The notes beneath the pieces were generated by a model. That model had not been told where the DNA came from. It ran no database searches and saw only the letters and a program-made list of their open reading frames with translations. 64,000 nt of DNA from Alphaproteobacteria bacterium (GTDB lineage: Bacteria > Pseudomonadota > Alphaproteobacteria > RF32 > CAG-239), in contig JAZKXV010000028.1 of assembly GCA_045611785.1 (NCBI GenBank), positions 4,061 to 68,060 on the forward strand, read 5' to 3'. The translations under genes were made by a program, and so were the position numbers. This document shows, one piece after another, positions 60,700 to 64,000 of the stretch. Within the stretch, counting starts at the first letter, position 1. Each line of letters begins with the position of its first letter.

Positions 60700-60729
60700 A
60701 AGAAGAGGTGAAAGCCTCTTCTTTTTTTA
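60700..60729 (+). terminator. intrinsic terminator after the pilin gene
   Basis: AGAAGAGG-TGAAAGC-CTCTTCT followed by TTTTTTT. Confidence 0.7.
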
Positions 60730-60983
60730 TATCCTCTCTCTTTACTGTCACCCCTCGGTGGTTTTAACCGCCGTCAAGGGGTCTTTGTTAGATGCCTTGA
60801 CAACCTCCATTGCCTGTCGAGGCATGACAGAATATGAACTCCCTCACTCTGTCATACTCGTGCCTGAATGAAGTGCCATCTTTCCTTTGTCATACTCGTG
60901 CCCGAACAAAGTGAGGAATAGACACGAGTATCCAAGGAATAATAAGGCAATAAATATTGGGGGTTATATATTAAATTAATGGC

Positions 60984-61400
60984 AAAAAACACTTGCTTTT
61001 AAGGGGGTGCAGCTTTAATATTGAAATATCGTCAAATGGCGATGGTGCTTCAAAAACATCAAAACTTAGCAAGGCTCCTTGTAAAGGGGAGTTTCTGATA
61101 TAAGGCTTTTTTGTAAAAGCTCGAATAAAGAAAGCTGATGCTAAGCAGTTTTTGAGCTCCCCGCTTTGTTTTTTCAAAGCGGATTTGTTTTATGTCAAAA
61201 ACAAAAAATACTTGCTTTTAAGATGGTGCAACTTTAATATGGAGATATCGTCAAATGGCGGTGATGTCCGAAAGACATATACAATAAGTCCCTTTTGGGG
61301 AGTGGAGGATATAAGGTGTTTTTTACACTCGAATAACTCCGTCTGCATTGTACAGTCTTTCGGCTCCCCACCTTGTTAACTAAGGTGGTTTTTTGTTTTA
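60984..61400 (+). ncRNA. two tandem paralogous ~210-bp structured units (about 60984-61202 and 61203-61400), each ending in its own intrinsic terminator: candidate duplicated sRNA genes
   Basis: Unit starts AAAAAACACTTGCTTTTAAGGGGGTGCAGCTTTAATATTGAAATATCGTCAAATGGCGATGGTG vs AAAAAATACTTGCTTTTAAGATGGTGCAACTTTAATATGGAGATATCGTCAAATGGCGGTGATG. Both have a long-range GGGGAG...CTCCCC pairing and terminal hairpin+T-run (CCGCTTTG-TTTTTT-CAAAGCGG; CCACCTTG-TTAACTAA-GGTGG-TTTTTT). Confidence 0.4.
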
Positions 61401-61420
61401 TAAGCGTGTGAGGATACAAA

Positions 61421-61675
61421 ATGAGTGGTAAATTAAAAATTAGAAATATACGCAAAAAGGCAATGTCAGATTTAAATGTTGAGCTTGATAAATTGCTTAA
61501 TGAGCAAAATTTATCTTTAGATCAATTATGTGAAATTACGGATATTAATAAAAAAGTAATTGAACGATGGAAATCGCAAACAGGTTATGTTGATTTGTAT
61601 TTTTTATGCAGAATTTGTGCATGTTTTAATAAAAAGCTTGTTATTAAGTTTAAAGATTTTACAAACGAAAAATAA
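61421..61675 (+). CDS. small XRE-family helix-turn-helix protein
   Basis: LSLDQLCEITDINKKVIERWKS HTH pattern. GAGGAT Shine-Dalgarno. Confidence 0.5.
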   Translation: MSGKLKIRNIRKKAMSDLNVELDKLLNEQNLSLDQLCEITDINKKVIERWKSQTGYVDLYFLCRICACFNKKLVIKFKDFTNEK

Positions 61676-61721
61676 GTTGTTAAATCTATCTTAAAGAAAC
61701 ACAGCTATTTTTTGTTGTAAA

Positions 61722-62579
61722 ATGAACTATATTAATGGAAGTAAAAACATGAATCTGTATCAAAAAGCAAAAAAACTCTTAAATAATGAATATGAACACA
61801 ATTTTGAAATTGTAAAAGATAGTCATTATCATAAAAGTTTTGTAAATGAAAAAATCAGACATTCTTTGCAAGTTGCCGGCGCAGGTAACGGAATTTTGCG
61901 TAATGAACCTTATTTTCAAAATAAGTCAGCAGAATTTATTGAAATTGCAAAAACAGCTATTTTGCTTCATGATGTTTTCAGATTTAATGAAATCAGAATT
62001 AAATATCAAGAAAACAGAAAAGTTGATCATGGTGTTGAAGGTGCTAAGCTTTTGGCTGAGTTGCCCGATTTTAATATGCAACAAATTGTTTTGCCTGTAA
62101 AACATCATGGTCATATGATTGAAGAATTTTATAAAGATACAGAATTTACATCTATTGCTGATGAAGAGCTCAAAGATCAGATTGAGCATATTATATTTGC
62201 GGTTCGTGATGCCGATAAAATTGCCAATTGGCAAATTTTAACTAAAGAATATGAAAATATGCGCCTTGTTTGGTTGCCTTTCCCTGATGATAGAACAAAA
62301 AATCAGGGCATTATCAGTGATAATGTTTGGGAATCTTTTATACAAGGAGAGGTCGTTCCGAGAGATTATCTTAAAACCAATGCCGATTGTCTGATTTCGG
62401 TTTTGGCATGGGCTTTTGATATTAATTATAAATATTCTTTCGAATATAGTGTGCGCTTAAATATGCTTGAAGGCTTTGAAAAAATTATGCACGATTTGCA
62501 AATTGAACAAACCAAAATAACATATGTGATGGATACTGTTAAAGCATATGTCGAAAAACGTTTCGGTATGAAGATTTAA
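61722..62579 (+). CDS. HD-domain metal-dependent phosphohydrolase
   Basis: H...HD...H...H...D motifs (HSLQVAG, LLHDVF, VKHHGHM, VRDADKI). The start could instead be Met 61749, which has a GGAAG Shine-Dalgarno. Confidence 0.6.
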   Translation: MNYINGSKNMNLYQKAKKLLNNEYEHNFEIVKDSHYHKSFVNEKIRHSLQVAGAGNGILRNEPYFQNKSAEFIEIAKTAILLHDVFRFNEIRIKYQENRKVDHGVEGAKLLAELPDFNMQQIVLPVKHHGHMIEEFYKDTEFTSIADEELKDQIEHIIFAVRDADKIANWQILTKEYENMRLVWLPFPDDRTKNQGIISDNVWESFIQGEVVPRDYLKTNADCLISVLAWAFDINYKYSFEYSVRLNMLEGFEKIMHDLQIEQTKITYVMDTVKAYVEKRFGMKI

Positions 62580-63211
62580 ATCTTTTTATCACTCGATTGG
62601 CATAAGTGACTTAACGGACAAGCTACACAATTTGGTTTTTGGGCTTTGCATGTGTATCTGCCAAACAACACAAACCAATGGTTTGCGTTTATGGCATCTT
62701 GCGGCTCTAACAAATTGTTTAAATCTTTTTCAACATCTAAAGGTGTTTTACCTTTAGATAAGCTTAATCTGTGTGCAATGCGAAAAACGTGTGTGTCAAC
62801 AGCAATTGTCGGCTCATTAAACCACACGTTTAATACAACATTGGCTGTCTTTCGACCAACACCGGCAAGGTTTTCTAACGCAGCTCTATTGTGCGGAACT
62901 TGACCGTTAAATTTTTCAACCAAATCTTGGCTGAGGCTGATTATGCTTTTGGCTTTGTTGTTATATAAACCAATGGTTTTAATGTGTTCTTTTAAACCAT
63001 CAATGCCGAGCTCAAGCATTTTTTGTGGCGAATCGGCAATTTGGAACAACTTTTGAGTTGCTTTATTTACACCTTTGTCGGTGCTTTGTGCCGATAAAAC
63101 TACAGCAACAAGCAATGTGTATGCGTTAACAAAATTTAGCTCGCACTTAGGATTTGGATTTTCTTTTTTGAAAATTTTGATAATTTCAGAAACTTTTTCT
63201 TTGTTTATCAT
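62576..63211 (-). CDS. nth: endonuclease III
   Basis: HhH-GPD (LAGVGRKTANVV) and the 4Fe-4S cluster loop CKAQKPNCVACPLSHLC. Confidence 0.9.
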   Translation of the reverse strand: MINKEKVSEIIKIFKKENPNPKCELNFVNAYTLLVAVVLSAQSTDKGVNKATQKLFQIADSPQKMLELGIDGLKEHIKTIGLYNNKAKSIISLSQDLVEKFNGQVPHNRAALENLAGVGRKTANVVLNVWFNEPTIAVDTHVFRIAHRLSLSKGKTPLDVEKDLNNLLEPQDAINANHWFVLFGRYTCKAQKPNCVACPLSHLCQSSDKKI

Positions 63212-64000
63212 GCTTTAACGCCTCCGGCTCCTGCTGCTTTAGGTGCGTTTTCATCTAAAGGCCAACGAGGTCTTGGCTTAAAGTCGAGCTCGTTGGTGTA
63301 GCCTTTTTGAAAACGTTCAAGGCCGGCCCAGGCAATCATTACGCCGTTGTCAGTGCAAAAATTAATTGGCGGAGCAGCAAAGGTTAAGCCGTTGCTTTCA
63401 GCCAAGTCTTTTAGTTTTGTGCGCAAATATGTGTTGGCAGCAACACCTCCGGAAACGACCAAGTCTTGTCCGTGAGGATATTTTTGCTTAAATATGTTAA
63501 TGGCTCTTTTAAGCTTTCTGACCAAACAATCGGTTGCGGTATACTGAAAACATGCACATATGTCAGATAAATCTTGCGGTGGAATGTTTGCATGCTCAAG
63601 AGTTCCATCAGGAGAATATGATTCTATAAGCTTTCTGACAGCTGTTTTTAAACCTGAAAAAGATAAATTACAATCAGCAGAACCAATTAACGGACGAGGA
63701 AGAGCAAACCTTGTTTCATTGCCGGTGGCTGCTCGTTTTTCAATCATCGGGCCGCCCGGATAACCAAGCCCAAGCATTTTTGCAACTTTATCAAAAGCTT
63801 CGCCGGCAGCATCATCAATTGTGGTGCCTAAGCGTTCGTATTCGCCAACATCTTTAACAATAAGTATTTGACAATGGCCTCCGGAAACCAATAGCAATAA
63901 ATATGGATATTTTACATCGTTGGAAAGGCGTGCGCATAAAGCATGACCTTCCAAGTGGTTTACCGCAATAAACGGTTTGTTTAATGCAAGTGCTAAGGCT
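63208..64000 (-). CDS. tsaD: tRNA N6-adenosine threonylcarbamoyltransferase (Kae1/Gcp family); the N-terminus lies beyond the window end
   Basis: The frame is open to 64000 (…AVNHLEGHA metal-binding motif, VSGGVAAN). 4-nt overlap with nth. Confidence 0.85.
   Translation of the reverse strand, partial: ALALALNKPFIAVNHLEGHALCARLSNDVKYPYLLLLVSGGHCQILIVKDVGEYERLGTTIDDAAGEAFDKVAKMLGLGYPGGPMIEKRAATGNETRFALPRPLIGSADCNLSFSGLKTAVRKLIESYSPDGTLEHANIPPQDLSDICACFQYTATDCLVRKLKRAINIFKQKYPHGQDLVVSGGVAANTYLRTKLKDLAESNGLTFAAPPINFCTDNGVMIAWAGLERFQKGYTNELDFKPRPRWPLDENAPKAAGAGGVKA

Noticed and set aside
60671-60903. Possible CRISPR array (short direct repeats)
   Set aside because: The repeats are 9 bp (x3, contiguous) and 15 bp (x2), with no regular repeat-spacer periodicity and no cas genes nearby. 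This is not CRISPR.
60971-61455. Three overlapping ORFs (60971-61177 minus, 61152-61379 plus, 61234-61455 minus) from the six-frame track
   Set aside because: They lie across the two duplicated structured units and their terminators, overlap each other on both strands, lack a Shine-Dalgarno, and have odd composition. They are better explained as noncoding.

Overview
This is a 64-kb, AT-rich (about 30% GC by eye) chromosomal window from a Gram-negative bacterium. The outer-membrane genes (tol-pal pal and ybgF/cpoB, the Mla lipid transport locus, OMP beta-barrels, an autotransporter) establish the Gram-negative envelope. The RecA, from memory, looks alphaproteobacterial and Rickettsiales-like; ValRS is archaeal-type as is known for Rickettsiales, and anaerobic nrdD/nrdG are present. 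I read this as a host-associated, anaerobe-capable alphaproteobacterium, but that needs BLAST to confirm. Most of the window is housekeeping. There is an operon of a P-loop ATPase, a DnaJ-domain protein, tgt and a LOG-family protein. A complete NAD salvage cluster is present (nadE, pncB, pncA, archaeal-type NMNAT). Further housekeeping genes are trxB, a GlmU-like uridylyltransferase, pepF, a nitroreductase, a GT2 glycosyltransferase, fabI, a YihY-family membrane protein, recA, the rpmI-rplT-pheS-pheT-proS block, aspS, rnd, csp, tRNA-Gln, valS, mlaEFD plus a lipoprotein, tadA, rluB-like, rsmD, pal-ybgF-tilS, tRNA-Gly, murA, nth and tsaD. The accessory or unusual content is listed here. (1) A 2342-aa type-Va autotransporter whose passenger carries about 25-30 tandem eukaryote-like EGF-signature cysteine repeats, followed by a beta-helix and a C-terminal beta-barrel, with near-identical internal DNA repeats. 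(2) An NrdD that ends after its Zn ribbon, with the glycyl-radical motif (RVMGY) on a separate 68-aa ORF between nrdD and nrdG. (3) A 17-bp inverted-repeat operator upstream of nrdD. (4) Three tandem paralogous small OMP beta-barrel genes. (5) Two large hypothetical proteins, one with an HExxH motif. (6) An orphan type IV pilin-like gene preceded by a GC-richer structured leader. (7) Two tandem ~210-bp structured units, each ending in its own terminator, as candidate paralogous sRNAs, next to short direct and inverted repeats. (8) An XRE-HTH plus HD-domain gene pair. No transposases, integrases or CRISPR arrays were seen.
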